Assembly (NCBI GenBank): GCA_964569245.1
Contig: CAZMTK010000003.1
Span: 58,485 to 122,484 of the forward strand
DNA length: 64,000 nucleotides
Direction of reading: 5' to 3'
Source: an uncultured bacterium
GTDB lineage: Bacteria; Fermentibacterota; Fermentibacteria; Fermentibacterales; Fermentibacteraceae
Shown piece by piece: positions 38,147 to 47,394 of the stretch (within the stretch, counting starts at the first letter, position 1; each line of letters begins with the position of its first letter). The position numbers were made by a program, and so were the translations under genes. The notes below the pieces were generated by a model that saw only the letters and a program-made list of their open reading frames with translations, did no database searches and was not told the origin of the DNA.

Positions 38147-38374
38147 GTGGACAAGACGATACTGGAGCTCGAGAAGGGCGAGGATCTGCTGAGGGTGGTC
38201 CTCAAGGAGTTCAGGGGCCGCCAGTACATAGACGCCAGGATGTTCTACATGTCCGAGAACGGGGAGTGGCTGCCCACGAAAAAGGGTCTTAGCATGACCC
38301 CCGAGATGGCGGCGCAGGTTTCCGAGGCGATAGGCAGGGCTCTGGCCGAGCTCGAGTCGGGAAAGAAGCCTTAG
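38147..38374 (+). CDS. PC4/p15-like ssDNA-binding protein (YdbC-like)
   Basis: RVVLKEFRGRQYIDARMFYMSENGEWLPTKKGLSMT matches the PC4 fold pattern. 75 aa, GTG start. Confidence 0.55.
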   Translation: MDKTILELEKGEDLLRVVLKEFRGRQYIDARMFYMSENGEWLPTKKGLSMTPEMAAQVSEAIGRALAELESGKKP

Positions 38375-40725
38375 CCGCACTCCGAATAGCCGCAGTTCAG
38401 CGCGCAGGAGACGCAGCCCGACTCGTACTTGAGGGGTCCGCCACAGCTCGGGCAGGCCCCCGCGTGGTTCTGGAGGTCGTCGTCCCTGAACACCTCTGGA
38501 GCCCTCGCCTGAACGGGCTCCTCGACAGTGCCCGGCAGTCCCTCGAGGCGGTTCCCGGTGTGCCACTCCAGCGTCTTTCCTATTGCATCGGCGCAGGACA
38601 GTACTCTGTCGCTCCCCTGCCAGACGACCCTGTGGCAGCTTATCCCCTTGAGCTCGCGGACCACTGCGTCGGGCGGGATGTGCGATCTCAGCGCCAGCGA
38701 CACCAGCCTGCTGAGGGCTTCCGACTGGCTGGCGGCGCAGCCGCCGGCCTTGCCCATCTGGGTGAATATCTCGACCGGGCCGAACTCGTCCTCGTTGATC
38801 GTTATGTAGAGGTTCCCGCAGCCGGTGCGGACGCGCCGCGTGATCCCCGTGGTGACCTCCGGACGGGGCCTCGGGCCGGCGGCGGGCTTCTTCTCCGCCG
38901 GACACTCAGCGGCGCTCTCCTGCTGCCTCCCGATGTTGAGGACCTGCCTGTCCCTGCTCCTGTCCCTGTAGACCGTGACCCCCTTGCACCTGAGCCTGAA
39001 CGCGAGCTTGTAGACTTCGGCCACGTCTTCGCGGGAGGCGCTCTCGGGGAGGTTCACGGTCTTCGACACGGCGTTGTCGGTGTACTTCTGGAAGGCGGCC
39101 TGCATCCTCACGTGGAACGAGGGGGGGACGTCGTGCGAGGTGGCGAATATCCTCTGGACCTCGCTCGGCACGGCATCCAGGCCCCTGCAGGAGCCCCGTT
39201 CGACGATCTTCTCGATCACTTCCGGGGTGGCGAAGCCCCTCTCCCTCGCGACCCGTGCGAAGGAGGGCACCATCTCGTGGAGCTCGTCGCCCTCGTCGAG
39301 GATGTTCCTCCGCTCGTACGCCAGGGCGAACACGGGCTCGATGCCGCTCGCGCATCCCGCGAGGATGCTTATCGAGCCGGTGGGCGCAATTGTTGTCACC
39401 GTGGCGTTCCTCATCGGAGGGAGACCCTGGCTGTCGTAGATGCTTCCCCTGAAGTTGGGGAACGGGCCGCGCTCCCTGGCCAGTTCCTCGCTGGCCTGTC
39501 TGGCCCTGTCCTCGATGAAGCTCATGAGCTGCTCGGCGAACCTGAGAGCCTCCTCGGAGTCGTAGGGGAGACCCAGATGGAACAGCATGTCGGCGAAGCC
39601 CATCACCCCGAGGCCGATCTTCCTGTTCCCCTCGACCATGCGGGCTATCTGCGGGAGGGGGTATCTGTTGACCTCGATGACGTCGTCCAGGAATCTGACG
39701 GCGTTCTTCACGGTGCGGTCGAGCAGGGCCCAGTCGACTGCGGACGATCCGTCGGGCTTCGCCGTCAGCATGGCCGCCAGGTTTATCGAGCCCAGGTTGC
39801 ACGCCTCGTATGGAAGGAGAGGCTGCTCGCCGCAGGGATTCGTGGCCTCTATCCTGCCGAGGGCGGGCGTGGGGTTGGCCTCGTTCACTCGGTCGATGAA
39901 GATGATCCCCGGCTCTCCGGACGCCCATGCGCTCTCCACGATGTGCTCGAACAGCTCGGCGGCCGGGATGCTCGATACGGGCTCACCGCTCCTTGGGTTG
40001 ACCAGATCGAAGTCCCCGCCCCTCTCCAGGGCGTCCATGAATCTGTCGGAGACAGCGACCGAGAGATTGAAGTTGTTCAGCTTCTGCATGTCGCGTTTGG
40101 CGAGGATGAAGTCGAGCACGTCGGGATGGTCGATGCTCAGCACGGCCATGTTGGCCCCTCTGCGGACACCGCCCTGCTTTATCGTCTCGGTCGCCCTGTC
40201 GAAGACCGTCATGAAGGAGATCGGGCCGCTGGATATCCCCCTTGTGGACAGGACCACGTCGTCCTTCGGTCGGATCCTGGAGAAGGAGAATCCCGTCCCG
40301 CCGCCGCTCTTGTGGATGAGCGCGGTGTTCTTGACCGCCTCGAAGATGCTCTCCATGTCGTCCTCCACCGGGAGGACGAAGCAGGCGGATAGCTGTCCCA
40401 GCTCGCGCCCGGCGTTCATCAGCGTGGGGGAGTTCGGCAGGAATTCGAGCCTCGCCATCATGTTGTTGAAGCATACGGCCCACTTCCCGGAGTCCCCCCT
40501 GAAGCGGTCCTCGGCGGAGGCCACCGAAACGGCCACGCGCCAGAGCATCTCCGAGGGGGTCTCGAGAATCTCCCCGTCGGTGGAGCGCTTCAGATAGCGC
40601 TTGTTCAGGACCACTTCGGCATTCGAAGAGAACCGGGGGGAGATCCTCTCCTCCCGGTCCTCCAGCGCCGCCTGCCTCTCGAACTGCCCGAACAGGTCCT
40701 GACCGGGAGAAGCAGCCCCTCTCAA
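38371..40725 (-). CDS. nrdJ: Ribonucleoside-diphosphate/triphosphate reductase, class II (adenosylcobalamin-dependent)
   Basis: LNKRYLKRSTDGEILETPSEMLWRVA, NPCGEQPL active site, TIAPTGSIS, and a C-terminal CPSCGG...C zinc site. The 5' end is uncertain: the track start (GTG 40803) lies inside a promoter-like element. Candidate starts are TTG 40725 (with a GAGGGGG SD) or GTG 40614. Confidence 0.8.
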   Translation of the reverse strand: MRGAASPGQDLFGQFERQAALEDREERISPRFSSNAEVVLNKRYLKRSTDGEILETPSEMLWRVAVSVASAEDRFRGDSGKWAVCFNNMMARLEFLPNSPTLMNAGRELGQLSACFVLPVEDDMESIFEAVKNTALIHKSGGGTGFSFSRIRPKDDVVLSTRGISSGPISFMTVFDRATETIKQGGVRRGANMAVLSIDHPDVLDFILAKRDMQKLNNFNLSVAVSDRFMDALERGGDFDLVNPRSGEPVSSIPAAELFEHIVESAWASGEPGIIFIDRVNEANPTPALGRIEATNPCGEQPLLPYEACNLGSINLAAMLTAKPDGSSAVDWALLDRTVKNAVRFLDDVIEVNRYPLPQIARMVEGNRKIGLGVMGFADMLFHLGLPYDSEEALRFAEQLMSFIEDRARQASEELARERGPFPNFRGSIYDSQGLPPMRNATVTTIAPTGSISILAGCASGIEPVFALAYERRNILDEGDELHEMVPSFARVARERGFATPEVIEKIVERGSCRGLDAVPSEVQRIFATSHDVPPSFHVRMQAAFQKYTDNAVSKTVNLPESASREDVAEVYKLAFRLRCKGVTVYRDRSRDRQVLNIGRQQESAAECPAEKKPAAGPRPRPEVTTGITRRVRTGCGNLYITINEDEFGPVEIFTQMGKAGGCAASQSEALSRLVSLALRSHIPPDAVVRELKGISCHRVVWQGSDRVLSCADAIGKTLEWHTGNRLEGLPGTVEEPVQARAPEVFRDDDLQNHAGACPSCGGPLKYESGCVSCALNCGYSECG

Positions 40726-40781
40726 AACAGCCCCCTCGAAGCCAGAAGACCGGCAAAAGGATGTGACCCCGCAATGCTCGC

Positions 40782-40810
40782 AGTGTATGCAGAGCAATCG
40801 CACGTGTCAA
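40782..40810 (-). promoter_or_regulatory. Sigma-70-like promoter, TTGACA-17nt-TACACT, reading toward nrdJ
   Basis: On the minus strand, TTGACA lies at 40810..40805 and TACACT at 40787..40782, with a 17-nt spacer. It sits in the divergent intergenic region between nrdJ and the ECF sigma gene. Confidence 0.45.
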
Positions 40811-40915
40811 TATGCTGGGGGTGCCCGACCCCGACCACACAACCCGTAGTTGGACCGTTCCGCACCAGGACTGCCGTTGCGCCCCGGGGCTCTGCCCCAA
40901 TAGAATACGAGCGAG

Positions 40916-41500
40916 GTGATGCGGATGCCTGGTGACCCGGCCCCTGTGAAAGACGAATTCGAGAGCGAGATCCTCCAGTTCCTCGACGGGCTCTACGGAT
41001 ACGCGTTGCACTTGTCCCGCAACAGGGACGACGCCTGCGACCTCGTGCAGGAGACCTACGCGAGGGCCTTCAGGGCTCGGAGCCAGTACCGGCTGGGAAC
41101 AAACGCGCGCGCCTGGCTGTTTGCAATACTCAGGAACACCTTCCTCAACGATCGCAGAGCCCAGGGGCGGGCTCCGAAGACCGTCCCGTGCGAATGGATC
41201 GACGAGCTGGGCGAGGGAGGCGACGGAGAGGAGCTCCCTGCGAGGAGGACCCAGGATCCCCAGAGGTGTGTCCTGAACGACATCCTCAGGGAGGACATCG
41301 ACCGGGCCCTGGAGGAGCTCCCGGAGGAGTTCAGGAGCGCCGTGGTCCTCTGCGACGTGGAGGAGATGTCGTACGCCGAGATAGCGGAGATACTCCAGAT
41401 ACCGATAGGTACCGTCAGGTCCAGGATACACAGGGGTCGGGCGATACTCAAGAGGAAGCTGAGCGACTGGCGGTCAGGCACCGGGAGGGGTGGGAGTTGA
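40916..41500 (+). CDS. ECF (group 4) RNA polymerase sigma factor
   Basis: Region 2 (LVQETYARAFRA...ARAWLFAILRN) and region 4 (SYAEIAEILQIPIGTVRSRIHRGR), 194 aa. Confidence 0.85.
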   Translation: MMRMPGDPAPVKDEFESEILQFLDGLYGYALHLSRNRDDACDLVQETYARAFRARSQYRLGTNARAWLFAILRNTFLNDRRAQGRAPKTVPCEWIDELGEGGDGEELPARRTQDPQRCVLNDILREDIDRALEELPEEFRSAVVLCDVEEMSYAEIAEILQIPIGTVRSRIHRGRAILKRKLSDWRSGTGRGGS

Positions 41501-41721
41501 GATGTTCTGATGCTGCCCGCAGGATCCACGATTACGTCTCCGGCGAGCTGGAGGGAGATGATCGGGAGAGGCTCGAGAAGCATCTCGAGACCTGCGAGGA
41601 CTGCAGGTCCTGCGTGGACGAGAACATGGCGCTCCGGAGCAGGGTGAGGGACCTCATGAGGGTTTCCGCGCCAGCTTCGCTCCGTGCCGAGGTCGTGCGC
41701 CTCTCGCAGGCGCAGGTCTGA
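41497..41721 (+). CDS. Zinc-finger (ZAS-type) anti-sigma factor, small and soluble
   Basis: 74 aa with C...H...HLETCEDC (Hx3Cx2C). TTG start overlaps the sigma stop (TTGA). No TM segment. Confidence 0.6.
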   Translation: MRCSDAARRIHDYVSGELEGDDRERLEKHLETCEDCRSCVDENMALRSRVRDLMRVSAPASLRAEVVRLSQAQV

Positions 41722-41725
41722 GGCG

Positions 41726-42199
41726 TTGCCGGGACGCGACCGGCTGCTGCCGGCAGCCCTGGCAGCCGCGTGTGCGGCGGCGCCTCCGCTTGCCGCGCTC
41801 ATTCTGTTCGGGCGTCCAGCCAGCACCATCTCCGATGCGGGCTCCCTTGCAAGGCTGGGCTGCGTGCTCGCTGCAAGCGCCGAGGCTCCCCCTGGAAGGC
41901 CGGCGCTGGACAGCCTGGCCGCGTGGGCGGGCTTCCGTCTGCCCGCCGGGGCTCTCCTGGAGCCCGGAACTTCAGGAGCGGCCTGCAGTCTCTTCCCGTT
42001 CAGGATCGCAGCCTTCTCCTTCCCTTCCGACTCCTCCGTCATGGTTCTGGTCTGCTGCCCGGTTCCCCTGGCACTTCGCGATCCGGGTCCCGGAGGGCCG
42101 AGGGTTCTGTACGGAGGCGGGAGAACTGCGGTCATCGTGCTCCCGGGCTCCGGGGATTCCGGAGCCGCCAGGGCGGCCGGATCGCTGGAGCCGGTATGA
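41726..42199 (+). CDS. Hypothetical secreted protein
   Basis: TTG start 5 nt after the anti-sigma stop, and a signal-peptide-like LLPAALAAACAAAPPLAALILF. The stop overlaps the next ATG (ATGA), which supports translation. Confidence 0.4.
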   Translation: MPGRDRLLPAALAAACAAAPPLAALILFGRPASTISDAGSLARLGCVLAASAEAPPGRPALDSLAAWAGFRLPAGALLEPGTSGAACSLFPFRIAAFSFPSDSSVMVLVCCPVPLALRDPGPGGPRVLYGGGRTAVIVLPGSGDSGAARAAGSLEPV

Positions 42200-42678
42200 C
42201 TCCGGCGCTCAGGTGGGGAGCGGCATGCCTCGCGGCCCTGCTCGCGTGCTGCTGCTCGAAGGGGGGAGGAGATGCCGCCCTGGAGCAGGCGCCGCCTGCG
42301 CCCCCGTCGCTTCCGGGAAGGTTGTTCGCCCCCGACGGAACTCCGGCGGAGGTGTCGGCTGATTCCGCGATAGTGCTGTACCTCTGGCTGCCGCTGCCGG
42401 GACATCCCGGGCCGGAGTCCGACCTCGAAGCCATAGCCGAAACAGGGACGGCCGGCAACGTGGCGGCCTTCGCAGTTCAGACCAGCCCGGCCGCGAGGAA
42501 CTCCGCACAGGAGCAGGTCAACTCCCTCGGAATAGTGCTCCCCGTCTTCCTCGCCGATTCGGCGGCAGCCAGATGCATCCCTCCAGGAGATCTCCCGGTG
42601 GCCGTGCTCTTCGGACCAGGCGGCTCTACGGAAGTGGAGACGGGATTCGGCGCTGTGGAGCGCCTGCTCTCGAAGTGA
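42196..42678 (+). CDS. Thioredoxin-fold (TlpA/ResA-like) lipoprotein lacking the CxxC active site
   Basis: Lipobox LLACC. The redoxin-like layout places VLYLW-LPLPGHP where WCxPC would be, followed by VAAFAVQTS...LGIVLPVFLAD...LPVAVLFGPGGS. Confidence 0.5.
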   Translation: MTPALRWGAACLAALLACCCSKGGGDAALEQAPPAPPSLPGRLFAPDGTPAEVSADSAIVLYLWLPLPGHPGPESDLEAIAETGTAGNVAAFAVQTSPAARNSAQEQVNSLGIVLPVFLADSAAARCIPPGDLPVAVLFGPGGSTEVETGFGAVERLLSK

Positions 42679-43475
42679 GCCTGGAGCTGGCTCCCGGCTG
42701 CAGGCCGTTCATCGCGGTGTCAGACATCCACCTCTTCCCGGAGGAGAAGCCCCATCCGGGCAGAGAGGGCTTTCTGTCCTTCCTCGGGGAGATCGCCCGG
42801 GCCAGTCCCGGCGAACTCTGGATCGTGGGAGACCTGTTCGATTTCTGGCACGAGAGGCGTGGAGCGCCCCCCGGCTTCTCCAGGGTCCTCGCAGCGCTGG
42901 CGACGGCATCCGGTGCCGGCTGGAGCGTGACGTTCCTGCCGGGGAACCACGACATGTGGGTGGGCGAAGCCTTCTCCGCGGCGACAGGCGCCAGGGTCCT
43001 GGATCGGGGGCCGGTCGAGGTCCTCGTCGAGGGCAGGAGGGTCCTGCTGGCGCACGGCGACGGACTCGGAAGGGGGGACTGGGGCTACAAGCTCCTCCTG
43101 GGGCCGTTCCTGAAGTCCGGTGTCGCGAGAGCGCTGTTCCGGGCCCTGCCGACGGGCGCCGGCGGGTTCCTCGCGGAGCTCGCGTCGGGCACCAGCCGAC
43201 GCATCCTCAGGAGGCAGTCCGACGTCGTCCCCCGGCACCTGCGCGCGTGGGCAGACGGGATGATCCGCTCAGGGATGGACATTGTGATAACAGGGCACTC
43301 TCACGTGGCAGGGGCCAGGTCCGCCGGAGGAGGGCTCCACATCTCCCTGGGAGACTGGCTCGGCGACTTCCACTACGCATCCTCCGATCCCTCCCTCGGC
43401 CTGCGCCTGGTCCGCTACGAAGCCCCCGGCATCCGGCCAGCAGGACCGCTCGTTGACCCGGGCACGGCAGGGTGA
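42675..43475 (+). CDS. LpxH-like metallophosphoesterase (UDP-2,3-diacylglucosamine pyrophosphatase family)
   Basis: IAVSDIHL, GDLFDFWH, GNHD, GHSH. The GTG start overlaps the upstream stop (GTGA). Confidence 0.6.
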   Translation: MSLELAPGCRPFIAVSDIHLFPEEKPHPGREGFLSFLGEIARASPGELWIVGDLFDFWHERRGAPPGFSRVLAALATASGAGWSVTFLPGNHDMWVGEAFSAATGARVLDRGPVEVLVEGRRVLLAHGDGLGRGDWGYKLLLGPFLKSGVARALFRALPTGAGGFLAELASGTSRRILRRQSDVVPRHLRAWADGMIRSGMDIVITGHSHVAGARSAGGGLHISLGDWLGDFHYASSDPSLGLRLVRYEAPGIRPAGPLVDPGTAG

Positions 43476-44448
43476 GATTTTCGCCTCCATGGAAGCAGGC
43501 GGAGGAATGCTGCTGAGCGTGGTCGTTCCGGCCTTCAACGAGGCCGAGAGCATTCCCGAGCTGGTAGCAGAGACTGCCGGCGCGCTCTCGGGTCGCGAGT
43601 GGGAGATGGTGATCGTAGATGACGGGAGCACCGACTCCACATGGGAAGAGATCCGCAGGGCGGCCTCCGCCTACCCCGTCACGGGCCTCAGGTTCGGGAG
43701 GAACCACGGAAAGGCCGCAGCGCTCTCGGCCGGCTTCGCCGCCGCCGGAGGGGCGATCATCGCGACGATGGACGCCGATCTCCAGGACGATCCGGCGGAG
43801 ATCCCCGCGATGGCCGATATGCTCGCAGAGTCGGGCCTTGGCGTAGTGAGCGGATGGAAGAAGGAGCGCAGGGACCCTCCGTCGAAGAGGCTCCCCTCCA
43901 AGTTCTTCAACGCCGTTGTGCGCCGCGCCACCGGGATACCCCTGCACGACTTCAATTGCGGACTCAAGGTGTACCGTGCCGAGGCGGCCAGACGCATGGA
44001 CCTGTATGGAGAGATGCACAGGTACACCCCCGTGCTGGTGTCCCAGCTTGGCTGGACAGCCGGGGAGAAGCCCGTCAACCACAGGCCGAGAATGCACGGA
44101 CGCAGCAAGTACGGCCCGGCGAGGTTCTTCCGAGGATACGCCGACCTTCTCACGGTGCTCTTCCTGCACCGCTACTCGTTCAGGCCTCTGCACTTCTTCG
44201 GAGGGATCGGCACGACGCTCTTCGCCGGAGGGCTGGGCATCTCCATCTACCTCACCATCCTCAAGATCGCAACCGGGGCCTCGATCGGCAGGAGGCCCCT
44301 CCTCCTCCTGGGCGTGTTCCTCATGATGATAGGATTCCAGTTCGTCTCGCTCGGCCTTCTCGGCGAGATGCAGCTCCGCCTGCTGCCCGGGAAGAGGCTC
44401 TACACGGTGGTGGAGACCGCGGGGCGCCCGACCGGCTCGGGGACATGA
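43453..44448 (+). CDS. GT2 polyprenyl-phosphate glycosyltransferase (DPM1/GtrB/ArnC-like)
   Basis: VVVPAFNE, DDGSTD, DAD motifs and two C-terminal TM helices. The true start may be M13 or M19, at 43489 or 43507. Confidence 0.8.
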   Translation: MTRARQGEIFASMEAGGGMLLSVVVPAFNEAESIPELVAETAGALSGREWEMVIVDDGSTDSTWEEIRRAASAYPVTGLRFGRNHGKAAALSAGFAAAGGAIIATMDADLQDDPAEIPAMADMLAESGLGVVSGWKKERRDPPSKRLPSKFFNAVVRRATGIPLHDFNCGLKVYRAEAARRMDLYGEMHRYTPVLVSQLGWTAGEKPVNHRPRMHGRSKYGPARFFRGYADLLTVLFLHRYSFRPLHFFGGIGTTLFAGGLGISIYLTILKIATGASIGRRPLLLLGVFLMMIGFQFVSLGLLGEMQLRLLPGKRLYTVVETAGRPTGSGT

Positions 44449-45551
44449 GGCTCATCGCCGCCGGCCCGTTCCCTCCTCACAGGGGCGGGATCTCCCAGTT
44501 CGGCATGAGGCTCGCCGACGCCCTGGAGGCCCGCGTTCAGGTGCTCAGGGCCGGGTTCTCGCGGCTCTATCCCCGCGCGCTCTTCCCCGGTGTCTCCCAG
44601 TTCGATCCGGCTGGCGGGGCCAGGGTGGCCACAGTCGCGACGATGGATTCCTGCAGCCCGCCGTCATGGCGTCGAACGAGGCGGGAGCTGTCCCGCCTCG
44701 GCGCCGATGCGGCAGTGGTCCAGTGGTGGCACCCGTTCTTCGCCCCCGCCCTGCACTGGAGCCTGCCCTCCGCGGGCGCGGTGCGCAGGGCGGCGGTCTG
44801 CCACAACATCCATCCCCACGAGGGCTTCCCGATGGGCAGGGCTCTGGCGAAGTGGTTCCTCGGAAAGGCGGAGGTCCTTGTCGTGCACAGCGCAGCCGAC
44901 GAGGAGAGGGCGCGGGCGCTGCTGCCCCGCGCCAGGCTCCTGAGGCTGTTCCACCCGGTCTACGACCAGTACCTGGCCTTCGACCGCGGCAGGGGCTCCG
45001 CGAGGAGCGCACTCGGCTACGGCGAGAGCGAGAGAGTCATCCTCTTCTTCGGGCTCGTGCGCCCCTACAAGGGGGTGGAGGATCTTGTCGAAGCCTTCCG
45101 GGAGATGCCTGGAGACTGCAAGCTGCTTCTCGCAGGAGAGTGCTACTCCGGCGCGGAGCCGATCAGGAAGGCGCTCGAGGGGACAGGCATCGCCCCCAGG
45201 GCTCGATGGGACGAGCGCTTCATTCCCGATGCCGAGGTCTGGGCCTACTTCAGGGCGGCCGACCTCGTAGTCCTGCCGTACAGGAGCGCCACCCAGAGCG
45301 GCGTTGCCCAGATAGCCGTCTCATTCGGCAGGCCCATGGTCCTCACGAGGACCGGCGGGCTGCCGGAGCTGATAGACGAGGGGCGAACAGGCTTCCTGGC
45401 CGAGCCCTGCTCGCCTGGAAGCCTCGCGGCAGCAATGAGGAGAGCGCTGGAGCTTCCGCAGGGAGCGGAGATGGAGGGCCGCGTGGCGCAGGTGGCGGCG
45501 AGGTTCTGCTGGGATCGCTATGCAGATTCCCTGCTGGAGGCGATCCTTTGA
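44445..45551 (+). CDS. GT4 (GT-B fold, family-1-like) glycosyltransferase
   Basis: C-terminal FGRPMVLTRTGGLPELI...GFL (EX7E region). The ATG overlaps the GT2 stop (ATGA). Confidence 0.75.
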   Translation: MRLIAAGPFPPHRGGISQFGMRLADALEARVQVLRAGFSRLYPRALFPGVSQFDPAGGARVATVATMDSCSPPSWRRTRRELSRLGADAAVVQWWHPFFAPALHWSLPSAGAVRRAAVCHNIHPHEGFPMGRALAKWFLGKAEVLVVHSAADEERARALLPRARLLRLFHPVYDQYLAFDRGRGSARSALGYGESERVILFFGLVRPYKGVEDLVEAFREMPGDCKLLLAGECYSGAEPIRKALEGTGIAPRARWDERFIPDAEVWAYFRAADLVVLPYRSATQSGVAQIAVSFGRPMVLTRTGGLPELIDEGRTGFLAEPCSPGSLAAAMRRALELPQGAEMEGRVAQVAARFCWDRYADSLLEAIL

Positions 45552-46441
45552 AGGTGTTCGTCGCCGGTGCGGGAGGCTTCGTCGGAGGCGCAGTCGCGGC
45601 TCTTCTCGAGAGCGCGGGTCACGAGGTCGCCGCTCACGTCCGCTCCCGCGACGGCGACGTCCGTCCCGGGTCGGTTCCATCGGATACCGGCCTGGTGGTC
45701 AATTCCGCCGGACGGCTTGGCGGGGCCGGAGTGGACGAGGCTGCGCTGGATGCCGGCAACGTCTCTCCTGCAAGAGTGCTGGCTCACGAGGCGGCTCGGC
45801 TCGGGATCCCTGTCGTGCATCTCGGCACGCCGGGCGTCGCAGGCCTCGTGGCAGGCGCCTCCGAGGACCTGCCGCCGGCCCCCTGGGGCGCCTACGAGCG
45901 ATCGAAGGCGCGTGCCGAGGAGATCCTCCGCTCGATCGTGCCCGAGGGAAGGCTCACGATACTGAGACCCGATTTCGTCTACGGCCCGGGCGACGTCCAC
46001 AAGGCCGCACTGTTCAGGCAGGCGGCGAAGGGCTGGTTCCCCCTGGTAGGAACTGGAGGGGCCAGGATAAGGCCCACCTATGTCCTCGATGTAGCGAGGG
46101 CCTGCATGGAGTCCATGCCGGGGGGGAGGCTCGAGGGCGGCGTCTTCCACATAGGCGGGCCGGAGGTCGTCACGGTGTCGGAGCTGATAGCGGCCGTAGG
46201 CAGGGCACTGGGAAGGCGCGTACTGCGCATTCCCGTGCCAAGGGCGGCGTTCCGCGCGGCGATCGCACTGGGGCTCTTCAGGGGAGTGCTGTCCGAGAGC
46301 CGGTATCTGCTGTTCGGGAGGGACCACTTCGTCTCCATCGAAAAGGCGTCCTCGGCCGGCTTCGTTCCCGGCACGGATCTGGCGCGGGGGCTGGAGGCCG
46401 CGGTGTCCTGGCTCAGAGCCGAAGGCATGGTGACGCGTTGA
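45548..46441 (+). CDS. NAD-dependent epimerase/dehydratase (SDR family)
   Basis: (M)KVFVAGAGGFVGG Rossmann motif and YERSKARAE (YxxxK). The TTG start overlaps the GT4 stop (TTGA). Confidence 0.8.
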   Translation: MKVFVAGAGGFVGGAVAALLESAGHEVAAHVRSRDGDVRPGSVPSDTGLVVNSAGRLGGAGVDEAALDAGNVSPARVLAHEAARLGIPVVHLGTPGVAGLVAGASEDLPPAPWGAYERSKARAEEILRSIVPEGRLTILRPDFVYGPGDVHKAALFRQAAKGWFPLVGTGGARIRPTYVLDVARACMESMPGGRLEGGVFHIGGPEVVTVSELIAAVGRALGRRVLRIPVPRAAFRAAIALGLFRGVLSESRYLLFGRDHFVSIEKASSAGFVPGTDLARGLEAAVSWLRAEGMVTR

Positions 46442-47394
46442 GCGCCTGGAGCAGGAACTTGATCGTGCGCTGGGCATCCAGGGCTGTTCTCGCAGTGCTG
46501 GTGCTCTTCGCTCTAGCTTCGGTGGCTGCGAGGTGGAGTGAGATCTCCGGTTCGTTCGAGAGGGTGAGCTGGTCTCCGGATCCGCTTGCACTCGCCGCTT
46601 CGGCGGTGATCCTGGCTGCATCGCTTGCATTCAATCCATTCGGCTGGATGATGCTCGCGAGAGAGCTGGGATCGGACACGTCCGCCGCCGGGCTGAGGGC
46701 TGCGTGGTTCGCCAGCCAGCTCGGAAGATACATGCCCGGCAAGATCTGGCTCTTCGCGGGCAGGATCGGGTTCCTGAGGAGCGAAGGGCTCTCCACTGCG
46801 CGCGCAGTCGCTGCCTCGGTCTGGGAGCTGGTCGCGGGCGCTGCGGCGGCAGGCGCCGTGGCCCTGCCCTGCATGCTGCTCTCCGGCGCCACGGACATCG
46901 CCCCTGCTGTGAGGACCGCAGCCACGGCGGCAGCCGCGGCGATGTTCCTGCTGCCCCTGCTGGGCCCCGTCCAGAAGGCTGCGTTCGCTCTGAAGGGCAG
47001 GTCCGCCTTCACGGGGATCCGGACTTCGGCAGGGCTGAGGGTGGCGGGCCTCTTCTGCACCCTCTGGGTGGCTCGCGGGCTCTCCCTCTACCTGTGGCTC
47101 ACCGGGCTGGGGCTGGAGACCCGCGGGTTCTGGCCCGTCATGGCTGCCGCGCCGCTGTCGTGGCTCGCGGGGTATATTGTCTTCGTAGTTCCCGGAGGCA
47201 TCGGCGTGAGGGAGACCGTGACGGCTGTGCTGGCGGCCCCTCCCGGCACGGCCGGCCCCGTTGTGGCCGCCTGCCTTTGCCAGACGGCGCTCATGGCCGT
47301 TCTCGAGATCCTTCTGGCGCTTCCCGCCTTCAGGGCGGCTCCTGGAGTCCGCGACACAGCGAAAGGCGGAGCAGATGGTGCGGATTCAGGCTGA
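46438..47394 (+). CDS. UPF0104 / lysylphosphatidylglycerol-synthase-TM (flippase-like) family membrane protein
   Basis: Multi-TM, with GRYMPGKIWLFAGRIGF and VVPGGIGVRET, which match my recollection of PF03706. The TTG start overlaps the epimerase stop (TTGA). Confidence 0.55.
   Translation: MSAWSRNLIVRWASRAVLAVLVLFALASVAARWSEISGSFERVSWSPDPLALAASAVILAASLAFNPFGWMMLARELGSDTSAAGLRAAWFASQLGRYMPGKIWLFAGRIGFLRSEGLSTARAVAASVWELVAGAAAAGAVALPCMLLSGATDIAPAVRTAATAAAAAMFLLPLLGPVQKAAFALKGRSAFTGIRTSAGLRVAGLFCTLWVARGLSLYLWLTGLGLETRGFWPVMAAAPLSWLAGYIVFVVPGGIGVRETVTAVLAAPPGTAGPVVAACLCQTALMAVLEILLALPAFRAAPGVRDTAKGGADGADSG

Noticed and set aside
38464-40392. 642-aa + strand ORF
   Set aside because: Antisense to the clearly identified nrdJ, with low-complexity Gly/Arg/Val-rich composition.
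40560-40800. Cobalamin riboswitch or NrdR box upstream of nrdJ
   Set aside because: I checked the leader for a B12 box (GCCACTG), the GGTGAAAATCC-type core, and an AT-rich NrdR palindrome. None could be recognised by eye; a covariance-model scan would still be needed.
40726-40803. Track-predicted GTG start of nrdJ at 40803 (MRLLCIHCEHCG...)
   Set aside because: The GTG lies one base after a TTGACA -35 element, with a TACACT -10 located 17 nt downstream. An N-terminus of this kind is atypical for class II RNR, and the conserved LNKRYL N-terminal motif begins about 60 residues later.
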